From Candidatus Omnitrophota bacterium (GTDB lineage: Bacteria; Omnitrophota; Gorgyraeia; B26-G9), in assembly GCA_043814605.1 (NCBI GenBank), contig JBDRJV010000022.1, forward strand, positions 85,305 to 149,304: a DNA stretch of 64,000 nt, written 5' to 3'. Position 1 is the first letter of the stretch. Each line of letters opens with the position of its first letter. Positions 9,751 through 19,544 of this stretch are shown one piece after another. A model generated the notes under the pieces. That model ran no database searches. It saw only the letters and a program-made list of their open reading frames with translations, and had not been told where the DNA came from. The position numbers were made by a program, and so were the translations under genes.

Positions 9751-11500
9751 GCTCCTTTAACACCTTAATCTGCATATTGGCCTGAAGTTCTTTGCGCGAT
9801 AATAGCGGTTCTTGGTCTTCTACCGGTTTATCCACAGACAATTTAGGAAAAACTTTAGTCCCAGGGTTTATCTTCACTTCTAAAAATGCAGGTTTATTGT
9901 CTTTAAATAAACTTTTAAGTTTTTGCGTGATCTGTTTTCTAAAATTTAATTTATATGGTTTAATTTTGAATGAAGCAACCACCTTCTGAAAATCCGGAGC
10001 ATTATAGCCAACAACTGTTGATTGAAAACGGGATCTGAAATATTGTTCTTGAAATTGACGAACCATACCATAACATGAATTATTCAGCATAATTATTTTA
10101 ATCGGCAGCTGATAAAAATAAACAGTCTGTAATTCCTGTAAATTTAATTGAAAACCTCCATCTCCTGTTATAACCACCGCCACTGCCCTATTTTTTGCAA
10201 AACAAGCACCAATAGCAAAAGCAAGCGCTGACCCCATTGCTCCCATTCCTCCTTGAGTCAAAAATCTCTGTTGCCTTTTTAATCCCAACGATTGTGCCGT
10301 CCACATTTGATGTTGTCCTACATCCACACATACGATACTATCCGGTGGTATATATTTTGATGCAGCTTGTAAAAACAAGTTGGGATCAATATCAGTTTTA
10401 GAAATTTTTTGCATCAAGGGATATTCAGTTTTAAATTTTTTTATGGTTTCATGCCATGGTTTTAGTTTCTTCTTATTATAATTTTTCGTTTTTTTATTGA
10501 TCAGTTTCAAGAAAAATTTTATATCGCAATTGATTAAGATCTCTGCTTTCACTTTACTATTTAATTCCGCAGGATCAACATCTACGTGTACAATTTTTGC
10601 TCCTCGAGCAAAAGTCTCCGGCCGGGTTCCAGTTTGCCTTGTATCTAACCTTGTTCCTAAGGCTAAAATTAAGTCCGCATTAGCAATAGATAAGTTAGCA
10701 TAACGCAACCCATAAGTTCCCATCATTCCGATAAATTGTTTATTATCATTAGCAAAAGAATCTTTACCTATTAAAGTGGAAACTACAGGAATTGCAGTCT
10801 TATTTATGAACGTATAAAGTTCTTCTGAGGCTTTCGATAGCCTAAGACCTCCACCAACAAGAACTAAAGGCCGGGAAGAATTATGAATTAAATCTACAAC
10901 TTTTTTTAATACATTATTTTTTACCTTAAAAGATGATTTATTAAAACTATTTTTTTTAAACGTTTTTAATTTACGGGGATTAATGTTTGCTCGTTGAACA
11001 TTCATAGGAATATCCAATAAAACAGGCCCCGGCCTGCCTGATTTAGCAATATAAATCAGCCTTTCTAATTGATATCTTATTTCTTTTGGGTCTTCTATCA
11101 GCACACTAGTTTTGACAATCGGTTTTACCATACTTACAATATCTGTTTCCTGAAAACCCAATTGTCTTATTGGCTTTTTAAATTTAAACTCGTAAGTATT
11201 TACCTGCCCAGTAATAAACAGGCATGGTATTGAATCAAAAAAACAGCTACCAATACCTGTAATTAAATTTGTTGCTCCAGGACCGCTTGTAGCCATAGCC
11301 ACACCAATATTTCCATTGGTACGTGAATAACCTTCTGCTGCAAATGCTGCTGTCTGCTCATGGTGCATGGGAATAACTTTAATATCATTCCTTCCATAGA
11401 GAGAATCAAGTAAATGAGTAATTGCACCACCGCATATTTCAAATATATGCCCAACCCTCTGTTGAACTAAAAAACTTATAACATAGTCTGATAACTTCAT
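9734..11500 (-). CDS. ThDP-dependent acetolactate-synthase-like enzyme (YerE-like)
   Basis: HHEQTAAFAAEGY, TSGPGATN, DVGQHQMW, GDGGFQLN...NN ThDP motif; overlaps rfbH. Confidence 0.8.
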   Translation of the reverse strand: MKLSDYVISFLVQQRVGHIFEICGGAITHLLDSLYGRNDIKVIPMHHEQTAAFAAEGYSRTNGNIGVAMATSGPGATNLITGIGSCFFDSIPCLFITGQVNTYEFKFKKPIRQLGFQETDIVSMVKPIVKTSVLIEDPKEIRYQLERLIYIAKSGRPGPVLLDIPMNVQRANINPRKLKTFKKNSFNKSSFKVKNNVLKKVVDLIHNSSRPLVLVGGGLRLSKASEELYTFINKTAIPVVSTLIGKDSFANDNKQFIGMMGTYGLRYANLSIANADLILALGTRLDTRQTGTRPETFARGAKIVHVDVDPAELNSKVKAEILINCDIKFFLKLINKKTKNYNKKKLKPWHETIKKFKTEYPLMQKISKTDIDPNLFLQAASKYIPPDSIVCVDVGQHQMWTAQSLGLKRQQRFLTQGGMGAMGSALAFAIGACFAKNRAVAVVITGDGGFQLNLQELQTVYFYQLPIKIIMLNNSCYGMVRQFQEQYFRSRFQSTVVGYNAPDFQKVVASFKIKPYKLNFRKQITQKLKSLFKDNKPAFLEVKINPGTKVFPKLSVDKPVEDQEPLLSRKELQANMQIKVLKERESEF

Positions 11501-12486
11501 GATTTAGTTTTATTCTCAATTACTGCCTGATTATACAAATACGCGTTTGATTTAAACCAATCAATAGTTTTTTCTATCCCCTGCTCTAAACTATATTTAG
11601 GTTTCCATCCTAAGAGCCTGTGGGCTTTAGAAATATCTGACTGCCAAACTTCTGGCTCAAGACGCGAGTTAGGAGTTTGCCCCCATTTAGCATTAACCTT
11701 ACACTTACTAACTGCGATAATTTTATCTACCACTCCCCCGATAGAATACTCTTTGCCTGATCCAATATTAAATATCTCGCCTTTAATCTTCTCCTTATTT
11801 TCTGCAACTTTCACATAAGCGTCTATTACATCTTCAATAAATATAAAATCTCTGACATATTTCGGTGTGGAAACTTTCGGATTATCACCTTTTAAACAAG
11901 AAAGTATAACCGAAGGAATTAAACGAGTATTATCATCATAATAGCCAAAGGGGGAAAACAATCTCAGTGTTACTATTGGCTTATTTTCTCTTCGGTTAAG
12001 CGCTTGAGCATATAAAGTCGCTGCTGATTTAGAGACAGCATAATCAGTTGCTGGCTCTAACAGATTATCTTCACTCATCGGAAGAGATTTTATTCCATAC
12101 TCTGATGAAGAACCAGTATTTACAAAAAGTTCATAATCTATCTGGCTGCAAGCTTGCAATAAGTTCACGGTTCCTAAAAAATTAGTTTGCATAATCCTAT
12201 TAACATCTTTTTGAAAAATATGCCCTCCGTAAATAGCAGCATGAAAAATTATATGTGGTTTAAAACTAGTAATAGCCTTATTTAATTGCTCTTTATTACG
12301 TAAATCAGCGGTAAATATCGAAATTTTACCTAAAATATCATTAATCCTCCATAGATCATCACCTTCAGGAAAAATTACGCCAACTTCGATGCTTTCTTTG
12401 AGAAAATAACGAGTAATATTTGAGCCAATAAATCCGGTAGCACCTGTGATTAAAATTTTCTTGTTCTTTATTTTACTTTTATCCAT
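11497..12486 (-). CDS. NAD-dependent epimerase/reductase (SDR)
   Basis: TGATGFIG, GSSSEYG, YAVSK. Confidence 0.85.
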   Translation of the reverse strand: MDKSKIKNKKILITGATGFIGSNITRYFLKESIEVGVIFPEGDDLWRINDILGKISIFTADLRNKEQLNKAITSFKPHIIFHAAIYGGHIFQKDVNRIMQTNFLGTVNLLQACSQIDYELFVNTGSSSEYGIKSLPMSEDNLLEPATDYAVSKSAATLYAQALNRRENKPIVTLRLFSPFGYYDDNTRLIPSVILSCLKGDNPKVSTPKYVRDFIFIEDVIDAYVKVAENKEKIKGEIFNIGSGKEYSIGGVVDKIIAVSKCKVNAKWGQTPNSRLEPEVWQSDISKAHRLLGWKPKYSLEQGIEKTIDWFKSNAYLYNQAVIENKTKS

Positions 12487-12524
12487 AAATTTTAATCCCC
12501 ACCGTGATACTAGCTGGTATACAT

Positions 12525-13490
12525 CTATAAAACATTGCTATACCAATCTATTGCCTTCTTTAATCCATCTCTTAAGGAATATTGAGGCTTCCATCCCAAC
12601 ATTTTCTTTGCTTTTTTCGAGGTTAAATACTGATGTTTTATTTCATATTTTACTTGATTAAGAATTTTATAATCCGGATTTTTACCAGCAATTTTATAAA
12701 TTAAATTTACTAATTTTAAAACATTAATTGGATTTTCATCGCTAAAATTAAACGCCTCTCCTGCCAGATTTAATTTCTGCAGCTTTTCAGCCAGAATTAT
12801 ATACCCATTCACAATATCATCGACATACACGTAATCCCTAGTAAATTTTCCGTCGCTGCGAATTAATAATTTTTCCCCGGTCAAAACACAACGTATTGAA
12901 TCCGGCACAATACGGGAAAAGTTAGTATCTCCAGGCCCATAAATATTACCACAACGGGTTACACAAACCGGCACATTGTAGGTATGAAAATAAGTATAGG
13001 CAAGTAAATCCGCACAACTCTTAGAAACATCGTAAGGATGATCCCCTTTTAACGCCGCTGTTTCCTGATAAGGGAGAACTTCATGGCTACCATAGGCCTT
13101 GTCACTTGAGGCCATAATAATAGCCTCTACTGCTTTTAATATCCTGGCAACCTCTAATATATTCCAAGTACCTCTGATATTAGATTCAAATGTTTTTATC
13201 GGATTTCTATTCGCACGAGCAACAATAGCTTCCGCCGCTAAATGGAATATTGTCTGAGGCTTATATTTATTAACAATTTTTTTAACTAGTTTAAAATCGG
13301 CAACATCTCCTTTTATTGAAATAATATTTTTGCGTAAATCTTTTAAAATAGATATTCGCTTGTTTTTAACTATATCCAAACCAACAATTCGAGCCCCATA
13401 GCCAATTAATGTTTTTGTCAAACCAGACCCTAAAAACCCTTCATGCCCGGTTATCAATACCCTTTTATTTTTCCAGAATTTTTTATTCAT
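12525..13490 (-). CDS. rfbG: CDP-glucose 4,6-dehydratase-like SDR
   Basis: FWKNKRVLITGHEGFLG, SSDKAYG, YDVSK, RCGNIYGPGD; directly follows rfbF; start taken at MNKKFW. Confidence 0.75.
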   Translation of the reverse strand: MNKKFWKNKRVLITGHEGFLGSGLTKTLIGYGARIVGLDIVKNKRISILKDLRKNIISIKGDVADFKLVKKIVNKYKPQTIFHLAAEAIVARANRNPIKTFESNIRGTWNILEVARILKAVEAIIMASSDKAYGSHEVLPYQETAALKGDHPYDVSKSCADLLAYTYFHTYNVPVCVTRCGNIYGPGDTNFSRIVPDSIRCVLTGEKLLIRSDGKFTRDYVYVDDIVNGYIILAEKLQKLNLAGEAFNFSDENPINVLKLVNLIYKIAGKNPDYKILNQVKYEIKHQYLTSKKAKKMLGWKPQYSLRDGLKKAIDWYSNVL

Positions 13491-13492
13491 GG

Positions 13493-14266
13493 CTATTCCC
13501 ATATCATCCACGAAGCTTTCCCTTTCTCCACCAACTTTTCAAGCTCAACTTTATCACGCAAGGTATCCATACACTTCCAAAAACCATTGTGTTTATAGAC
13601 TCCCAGCTGATTATCTGCAGCTAATTTACGCAATGGGTCTCTCTCCCATATTGTCGCATCGCCTTTCTTAATATATTTAAAGATTTCCGGCTCCAACACA
13701 AAAAAACCGGCATTAATTCGGTTACCTTCACCTGTTGGTTTCTCCAGGAAAGACTTAACTGAATCCTTTTGAATATCCAAAACCCCAAATCTTCCTGCAG
13801 TCAGAACACCGGTTAACGTTGCCAGTTTCTTATTTCTCTTATGTGTCTTAATCAACTTATTAATATCGATATCTGCTACTCCGTCCCCATATGTCAACAT
13901 AAATGGTTCTTTACCGATATATTGCTGGATTTTTTTAATCCTTCCTCCGGTCATCGTATTAATACCTGTTTCAACCAAAGTAACTTTCCATGGCTCCGAA
14001 GCACTGCTCTGAATATCCATCTTATTATCCACCATATTGATAGTCACATCACTCATATGAAGCACATAATGTGAAAAATATTCTTTGATCACATAGCCAC
14101 GATATCCCAGGCAAATAATAAAATCATGAAATCCATAGTAAGAAAAAATTTTCATGATATGCCAAAGTATTGGTTTGCCTCCGATTTCAATCATCGGCTT
14201 TGGAATTGTATTTGTCGCCTCACTTATACGTGTTCCCATGCCTCCGCATAAAATTACTACTTTCAT
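13493..14266 (-). CDS. rfbF: Glucose-1-phosphate cytidylyltransferase
   Basis: LCGGMGTRI, PKPMIEIG, TMTGGRIK, TYGDGV, FWKCMDTLRD. Confidence 0.95.
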   Translation of the reverse strand: MKVVILCGGMGTRISEATNTIPKPMIEIGGKPILWHIMKIFSYYGFHDFIICLGYRGYVIKEYFSHYVLHMSDVTINMVDNKMDIQSSASEPWKVTLVETGINTMTGGRIKKIQQYIGKEPFMLTYGDGVADIDINKLIKTHKRNKKLATLTGVLTAGRFGVLDIQKDSVKSFLEKPTGEGNRINAGFFVLEPEIFKYIKKGDATIWERDPLRKLAADNQLGVYKHNGFWKCMDTLRDKVELEKLVEKGKASWMIWE

Positions 14267-14290
14267 AATATAATTCCTTCTAATTTTGGT

Positions 14291-15277
14291 TTACCTGCCC
14301 AAGAAAATACCCTTAATAAAATTTCTTCCCTTTGCAGTGGTAATAATCATGCTCAAATATACAAAAAACTGCAGAAAACTAACCACTGAATGATAAAGCC
14401 AGTAACCATTTTTATCCTTAATCGCTAAATAAATACTATGTGATAAAGAAAAAACCGGCAACAGGCTATAAACTCCCCACAGCACCAATCTGCTTTTAAA
14501 ATTCCCGGAAAATGCCCAATTCATGTTTCTTGTGCTTTGCTGATCAAGTAAATGACTGACAAAATTTCTTCTCCATTTTTTAACCCAATCGCCTATTTTT
14601 GCAACATGATGATGATAAACAAACGGTTCATCAAAATAAGCTACTTTATTATCGCCATTTTCAACCATATATTGAAAAGCATCATTGTCACCCAAGTACC
14701 CTTCTTGATCCCAAATCTGCCTGATTTTCTGGGTTCTATAAGTCAATCCATTAGCACCCCAAACCAGCGGCTTTACGGGATCAACATTAAATATCACACA
14801 ATTCCGGTTATATCTGCGTGCATTATTTTTATAAAGTAAAATATTCTTATTCAAAAACCAGTTCAACGGATCACTCTGGATAAGTTCAAAATATTTATTA
14901 AGCGATGAATCGTCTTTACCTGAAACAAGCTTACCCCACAGAGCATTTACATCTTCTTCCTTATCAAAAACTTCTGTTACTGTTTTTATCCAGAAATTTC
15001 CCACGAGCTCATTATCCGCTGCAAAGATAACTGATAAATTACCCCTTGCATTCCTGATGCCCAGCTGTACTCCATATTCAGCTAACTTTTTTTCATTTTT
15101 AAAAACTAAACAGTTATATTTTTTTGCAATTTCCAATGTATTATCTACAGATCCGCCATCAAGAATAAGTACTTCAACTTTATCCTGAGGATATTCCTGC
15201 GCCCTTATACTCTTAAGACATTTTTCAATATAAAAACCTGCATTATAAGTAGGAATAATAAAACTTACAGTTAACAT
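14291..15277 (-). CDS. GT2 glycosyltransferase
   Basis: IPTYNA, DGGSVDNT, AADN. Confidence 0.85.
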   Translation of the reverse strand: MLTVSFIIPTYNAGFYIEKCLKSIRAQEYPQDKVEVLILDGGSVDNTLEIAKKYNCLVFKNEKKLAEYGVQLGIRNARGNLSVIFAADNELVGNFWIKTVTEVFDKEEDVNALWGKLVSGKDDSSLNKYFELIQSDPLNWFLNKNILLYKNNARRYNRNCVIFNVDPVKPLVWGANGLTYRTQKIRQIWDQEGYLGDNDAFQYMVENGDNKVAYFDEPFVYHHHVAKIGDWVKKWRRNFVSHLLDQQSTRNMNWAFSGNFKSRLVLWGVYSLLPVFSLSHSIYLAIKDKNGYWLYHSVVSFLQFFVYLSMIITTAKGRNFIKGIFLGR

Positions 15278-15308
15278 ATATTTAATGTCAATTTATTTTT
15301 AATTTAAA

Positions 15309-15782
15309 TTATTTCTTAATAAAAGGTTTTGCTGGAATCCCTGCCACAGTTGCATTATCCGGAACATCTTTTGTTACTACAGCACCCGCCCCTATAAATG
15401 CGCCTTTTCCAATAGTTACACCGCCCATTATAACTGCTGCGCTTCCAATATTTGCACCCTTCTTAACCAACACCGGTTCAAGCTGCCAAGTCTTTTCCAG
15501 AGTCTTTTTCATTGTCGGGTTTTTATCATTTATAAAAATAACTCCATGGCCGATAAAAACCTCATCTTCGATTGTTACCCCATCGCATATAAAAGTATGT
15601 GACTGAACTCGACATTTTTTTCCTATTTTTGCCCCTTTTTGGATTTCTACAAAAGTACCGACAAGAGTCTCATCTCCAATTTCACATTCATACAAGTTAA
15701 CAAAATCAAAAATTTTAACATTTTTGCCAACACGCACATTACGAATACTTTTCTTTTCTGTATCAATATTTAGTATCTTCAT
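15309..15782 (-). CDS. Hexapeptide-repeat (LbH) N-acyltransferase, WbpD/WxcM-like
   Basis: FVEIQKGAKIG, SHTFICDGVTIED, GAGAVVTKDVP. Confidence 0.85.
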   Translation of the reverse strand: MKILNIDTEKKSIRNVRVGKNVKIFDFVNLYECEIGDETLVGTFVEIQKGAKIGKKCRVQSHTFICDGVTIEDEVFIGHGVIFINDKNPTMKKTLEKTWQLEPVLVKKGANIGSAAVIMGGVTIGKGAFIGAGAVVTKDVPDNATVAGIPAKPFIKK

Positions 15783-15798
15783 ATTAATTCAAAAATTT

Positions 15799-16818
15799 TT
15801 AAATTTTAATTACCTCAGAGCCGTGCTCCAGTGATTCCTGTATTGCCGCAAGTATTTTAACAACCTCTAAACCATTTTTCCCATCAGTAATCGGTTTTTT
15901 ATTATTATTCACACACTCTATAAAATGAGAGAACTCTTCCTTTAGCGGCTCCCTATTTGCTATCGAAGGAATAAAGATATCCCCTGAATGTAATGATATT
16001 TGGTATTCCCCAAAGCTAACATCCTGAGTATCTTTGATAATATTAGCATTCTTATTAAAAATCTTTATTTTTTCAGATTGGTTAACATCATCAAAAAGAA
16101 TCATCTTTTTATCTCCAACAATAGCAATATCTCTAATTTTTACAGGATCAATCCAGCTTAGAATCACATTAACCATGACATTATTGGGAAACTTAATACT
16201 GGCTGAGACAACATCATGTATTTCTTTTTGTAAATAGCTCTGTCCTGAACTAACAACCGATACCGGTAAACTCCCAATAAAATACAGCGCCATCGATATA
16301 TCATGTGGAGCTAAATCCCAGAGTACATTTACGTCTTTTCTAATAGGCCCCAAATTCCTCCTCTGAAAATGCAGATGCCTTAATTGACCAACCTCTCCGT
16401 TATCAATAAGTTCCTTGATATATCTTACTGCTGGATTAAAGAGAAAAACATGCCCGACCATTAATACAACGTTATTTTTCTTGGCTAATTGAATTAGCTC
16501 TTTTGCCTCTTCCACTTCATAAGTCAATGGTTTTTCTAAAAAAACATGTTTTTTCGCTTGCAAGCATTCTTTAGCTATTTTATAATGAGTTTTTGTCGGA
16601 GTAACAATTACCACAGCGTTTACTTCTTTATCTTCTAATATCTGCTGATAATCATATATTGTAATCACCGAGGAATATTTAGATTTAACTCTGTTTAAAG
16701 ATTTTTCACTTATATCTGCACAGTATTTTAAGCTGCATTCATCCGATTCAGTTATAATTCTTGCAAAATTCGGCCCCCAATATCCATAACCAATTAATCC
16801 AATTTTCATTTTAGCCAT
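15799..16818 (-). CDS. Gfo/Idh/MocA oxidoreductase (sugar 3-dehydrogenase-like)
   Basis: GYGYWG, EKP, DLAPHD. Confidence 0.9.
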   Translation of the reverse strand: MAKMKIGLIGYGYWGPNFARIITESDECSLKYCADISEKSLNRVKSKYSSVITIYDYQQILEDKEVNAVVIVTPTKTHYKIAKECLQAKKHVFLEKPLTYEVEEAKELIQLAKKNNVVLMVGHVFLFNPAVRYIKELIDNGEVGQLRHLHFQRRNLGPIRKDVNVLWDLAPHDISMALYFIGSLPVSVVSSGQSYLQKEIHDVVSASIKFPNNVMVNVILSWIDPVKIRDIAIVGDKKMILFDDVNQSEKIKIFNKNANIIKDTQDVSFGEYQISLHSGDIFIPSIANREPLKEEFSHFIECVNNNKKPITDGKNGLEVVKILAAIQESLEHGSEVIKI

Positions 16819-16833
16819 AGCAATATCCTTTAT

Positions 16834-17940
16834 TTAAATAGTATTATAAAATTTCTTCAAAACACTAACAACCTTGTCTATTTGGACCTCAGTAAGTTCA
16901 GGAAACATTGGCAATGATAGAATTTCTTTGGAAACCTGCTCTGTTATCGGAAAAGTATCTCCTCTTAACCCTAAATCCTTATATGCTTTCAAAGCATATA
17001 TTGGAATAGGATAATGTATCCCGCACTGCACATTATTCTCCTGTAAATACCTTAGAAGCTCATCCCTTTTTTTCGTGCGGATAACATAAAGATGGAAAAC
17101 ATGCGATTCTACTGCTTCTAAGTCCGGAACTACAATATCGCCGATTCCTTTTAGTTTTTTATTATAGAGCTTGGCATTGGCAAACCGCTGATCACCCCAT
17201 TGTTTTAAATATTTTAATTTTACGCCTAATATTGCGGCCTGAACTGTATCTAAACGGCTATTAAATCCAATAAAATCGTGATAATATTTTTTCGGTGAGC
17301 CGTAATTACGCATCATTCTTAATTTATTGTAAAGAGTTTCATCTGGAGTCGTAATCGCCCCGCCATCACCGTAGGCTCCGAGATTTTTCCCGGGGTAAAA
17401 AGAAAAACAACCCATGATACCAAATGATCCTGTCTTTTTTCCTTTCCAGGTTGCTCCGTGAGACTGGCAGGCATCCTCAACAATCTTTAAATTATGTTTA
17501 TTTGCTATAGCTTGCAGTTTATCCATATCCACCGGACGTCCATATAAATGCACAGGGATAATCGCTTTAGTTCGAGGACTAATCTTTTCCTCTATCTTTT
17601 CTATATCCATATTATATGTCTTAGGATCAATATCAACCAGAACTGGTTTAGCCCCAGAGTATGAAATCCCGAGAACAGTTGCAATAAATGTATTTGCTAC
17701 AGTAATAACCTCATCGTCTTCTTTGATATCTAAAGCTTTTAACGCTAAATGTAATGCATCAGTACCTGAAGCAACTCCGACACAATATTTGCTATCACAA
17801 AATTCAGCAAATTTTTCCTCGAATTTTGCCACAGGCTCACCCAAGATAAAATTTGTCTGTTCAAAAACCTTATTTACTTCACGTTGAACTTCATCCTTAA
17901 TCGATTCATACTGAATCTTTAAGTTTACAAACGGAATCAT
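16834..17940 (-). CDS. DegT/DnrJ/EryC1/StrS sugar aminotransferase
   Basis: SGTDAL, EDACQSHG, SFYPGKNLGAYGDGG, NSRLD; start at MIPFVNL after an AGGAGG RBS. Confidence 0.92.
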   Translation of the reverse strand: MIPFVNLKIQYESIKDEVQREVNKVFEQTNFILGEPVAKFEEKFAEFCDSKYCVGVASGTDALHLALKALDIKEDDEVITVANTFIATVLGISYSGAKPVLVDIDPKTYNMDIEKIEEKISPRTKAIIPVHLYGRPVDMDKLQAIANKHNLKIVEDACQSHGATWKGKKTGSFGIMGCFSFYPGKNLGAYGDGGAITTPDETLYNKLRMMRNYGSPKKYYHDFIGFNSRLDTVQAAILGVKLKYLKQWGDQRFANAKLYNKKLKGIGDIVVPDLEAVESHVFHLYVIRTKKRDELLRYLQENNVQCGIHYPIPIYALKAYKDLGLRGDTFPITEQVSKEILSLPMFPELTEVQIDKVVSVLKKFYNTI

Positions 17941-18040
17941 TTTCTCCCTCCTAAAAAAAGCCGTGATTAAACTGCTACACAAATATTATAATATTTATCG
18001 TTTCTCTAAAATAAAACATCTTGATTATAACATAGAGCTA

Positions 18041-19543
18041 TTATAATGAACAGTTATCGCATTTATGCTTTTTATTAAAATCAAAAATATGCCCCATTAC
18101 TTTAAAAAATGCTCGTGTAAAATATTTCATATCGTCAAGTTCTCTAATACTTAAAACTTTACGCATAATAAATTCCGGAGAAAAACTTATTGAATAAAGA
18201 CTTCGCACTAATTTCATTAAAATTTCCTGCGGAAACGGGATTTTCATCACCGGATTTTTCATGTCATAATAAGTCCAATCTAAGCTATACAGTAAATCTT
18301 TTTCCCGGCATTCATTAAATAAAGGAGTTCCCGGATATGGGATTACAATCGTTGATTGCATTGTATAAGCATAATCTTTTTTTAGTAACCATTTGCCTAA
18401 TTCTAAGGTATTTTGGGTATCTTCAAAACTTTCCCAAGGATAGCCAAACATAATTGTAATATGCGGATATAACCCGGCACTGCGCGCATTACGGCAGGAT
18501 TCAATTATGGTTTCTTTCCTAAGATTCTTTTTGATTTTATCTAATGTTTTCTGATTAGCTGATTCAATACCAAAAAGTAAAAAACGAAACCCGGCTTTAT
18601 GCATTAGTTTGTATTCTTCCAGACTTAAAGCGCCAAAACGCATATTGCAATCAAGTGTAACTTTCTTATTCAATCCGCGTTTAATCATGCCTGAGCAAAA
18701 TTCTCTCAACCACTCTCCTACAGGAAAACTACCGGAATCATCCATGATTTCTTTTACTTTTAACTCATTAACTAAATATTCAATTTCATCCAAGACATTA
18801 GCCGGTTTTCTACTTCTAAATTCAGGATATAAAACTGGCCAGGCGCAAAACGTGCATTTTCCCCACCAGCAATCTCTAGCACTCATAATATAAGTTCCCG
18901 GAGTCCTTCTAAAATTACCATTTTTATAAGCATATAACTTCCACTGTGTAAGTTTCCGGTCAATAAAAGGAAGTGTGTTTAAATCATGATTTAATTTAAA
19001 TTTTCCGGTATTTTTAATGTTTCCATTTTCTCTGTACCAGATTCCCGGCTCTAAATCAGCGGATAGCGAATAGCGATTAGCGGATAGTTTTAAGCTCTGG
19101 CAAAGGTTTAAAAGAAGAAAATCATAGTCCCCTCCGGTGAGCACAAAATCAACCAAAGAGTTGTCCATAGATTCTTCCGGTAAAGCGGTAACATGATCGC
19201 CGTATAAGACAACTAACGGCTGATAGCTCATAGCTGATTGCTGTTTAATATCATTGATTATTTTCCAGTGTTCCCTAACTACTGGAGTCTTTGTTTCGAT
19301 TGCAATCAGATCAGGTTTTTCTTTTTTTACAAAATTAAAAAACTTTTGATGACCCCATTCCATAGCAATGCAATCGTTCCAAATTACATTAAACCCCTCT
19401 CTTTTTAATAAAGACGCTGCTTGCGCCGGAACAACAGGATAGATATATGTAGGATCTTTAAAATACTGAAACTGCCTATTTTGAGAGAGTAAAGGTACCC
19501 CTTTGGTTTTGTCTAATGGAGGATAAGCTATCATTATTTTCAA
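18041..19543 (-). CDS. B12-binding radical SAM protein (HpnJ-like family)
   Basis: CWWGKCTFC, GDHVTALP, GIESANQ, PYPGTPL; contains two in-frame heptamer-repeat inserts. Confidence 0.85.
   Translation of the reverse strand: MKIMIAYPPLDKTKGVPLLSQNRQFQYFKDPTYIYPVVPAQAASLLKREGFNVIWNDCIAMEWGHQKFFNFVKKEKPDLIAIETKTPVVREHWKIINDIKQQSAMSYQPLVVLYGDHVTALPEESMDNSLVDFVLTGGDYDFLLLNLCQSLKLSANRYSLSADLEPGIWYRENGNIKNTGKFKLNHDLNTLPFIDRKLTQWKLYAYKNGNFRRTPGTYIMSARDCWWGKCTFCAWPVLYPEFRSRKPANVLDEIEYLVNELKVKEIMDDSGSFPVGEWLREFCSGMIKRGLNKKVTLDCNMRFGALSLEEYKLMHKAGFRFLLFGIESANQKTLDKIKKNLRKETIIESCRNARSAGLYPHITIMFGYPWESFEDTQNTLELGKWLLKKDYAYTMQSTIVIPYPGTPLFNECREKDLLYSLDWTYYDMKNPVMKIPFPQEILMKLVRSLYSISFSPEFIMRKVLSIRELDDMKYFTRAFFKVMGHIFDFNKKHKCDNCSL
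19055..19087. repeat. Heptamer tandem array (NNTAGCG) inside the radical SAM CDS
   Basis: atcagcg gatagcg aatagcg attagcg gatag. Confidence 0.8.
19215..19243. repeat. Heptamer tandem array (NATAGCT) inside the radical SAM CDS
   Basis: aacggct gatagct catagct gattgct. Confidence 0.7.
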
Positions 19544-19544
19544 A

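Noticed and set aside
9734-11500. Housekeeping ilvB
   Set aside because: No ilvN/ilvC nearby; overlaps CDP-sugar genes on both sides
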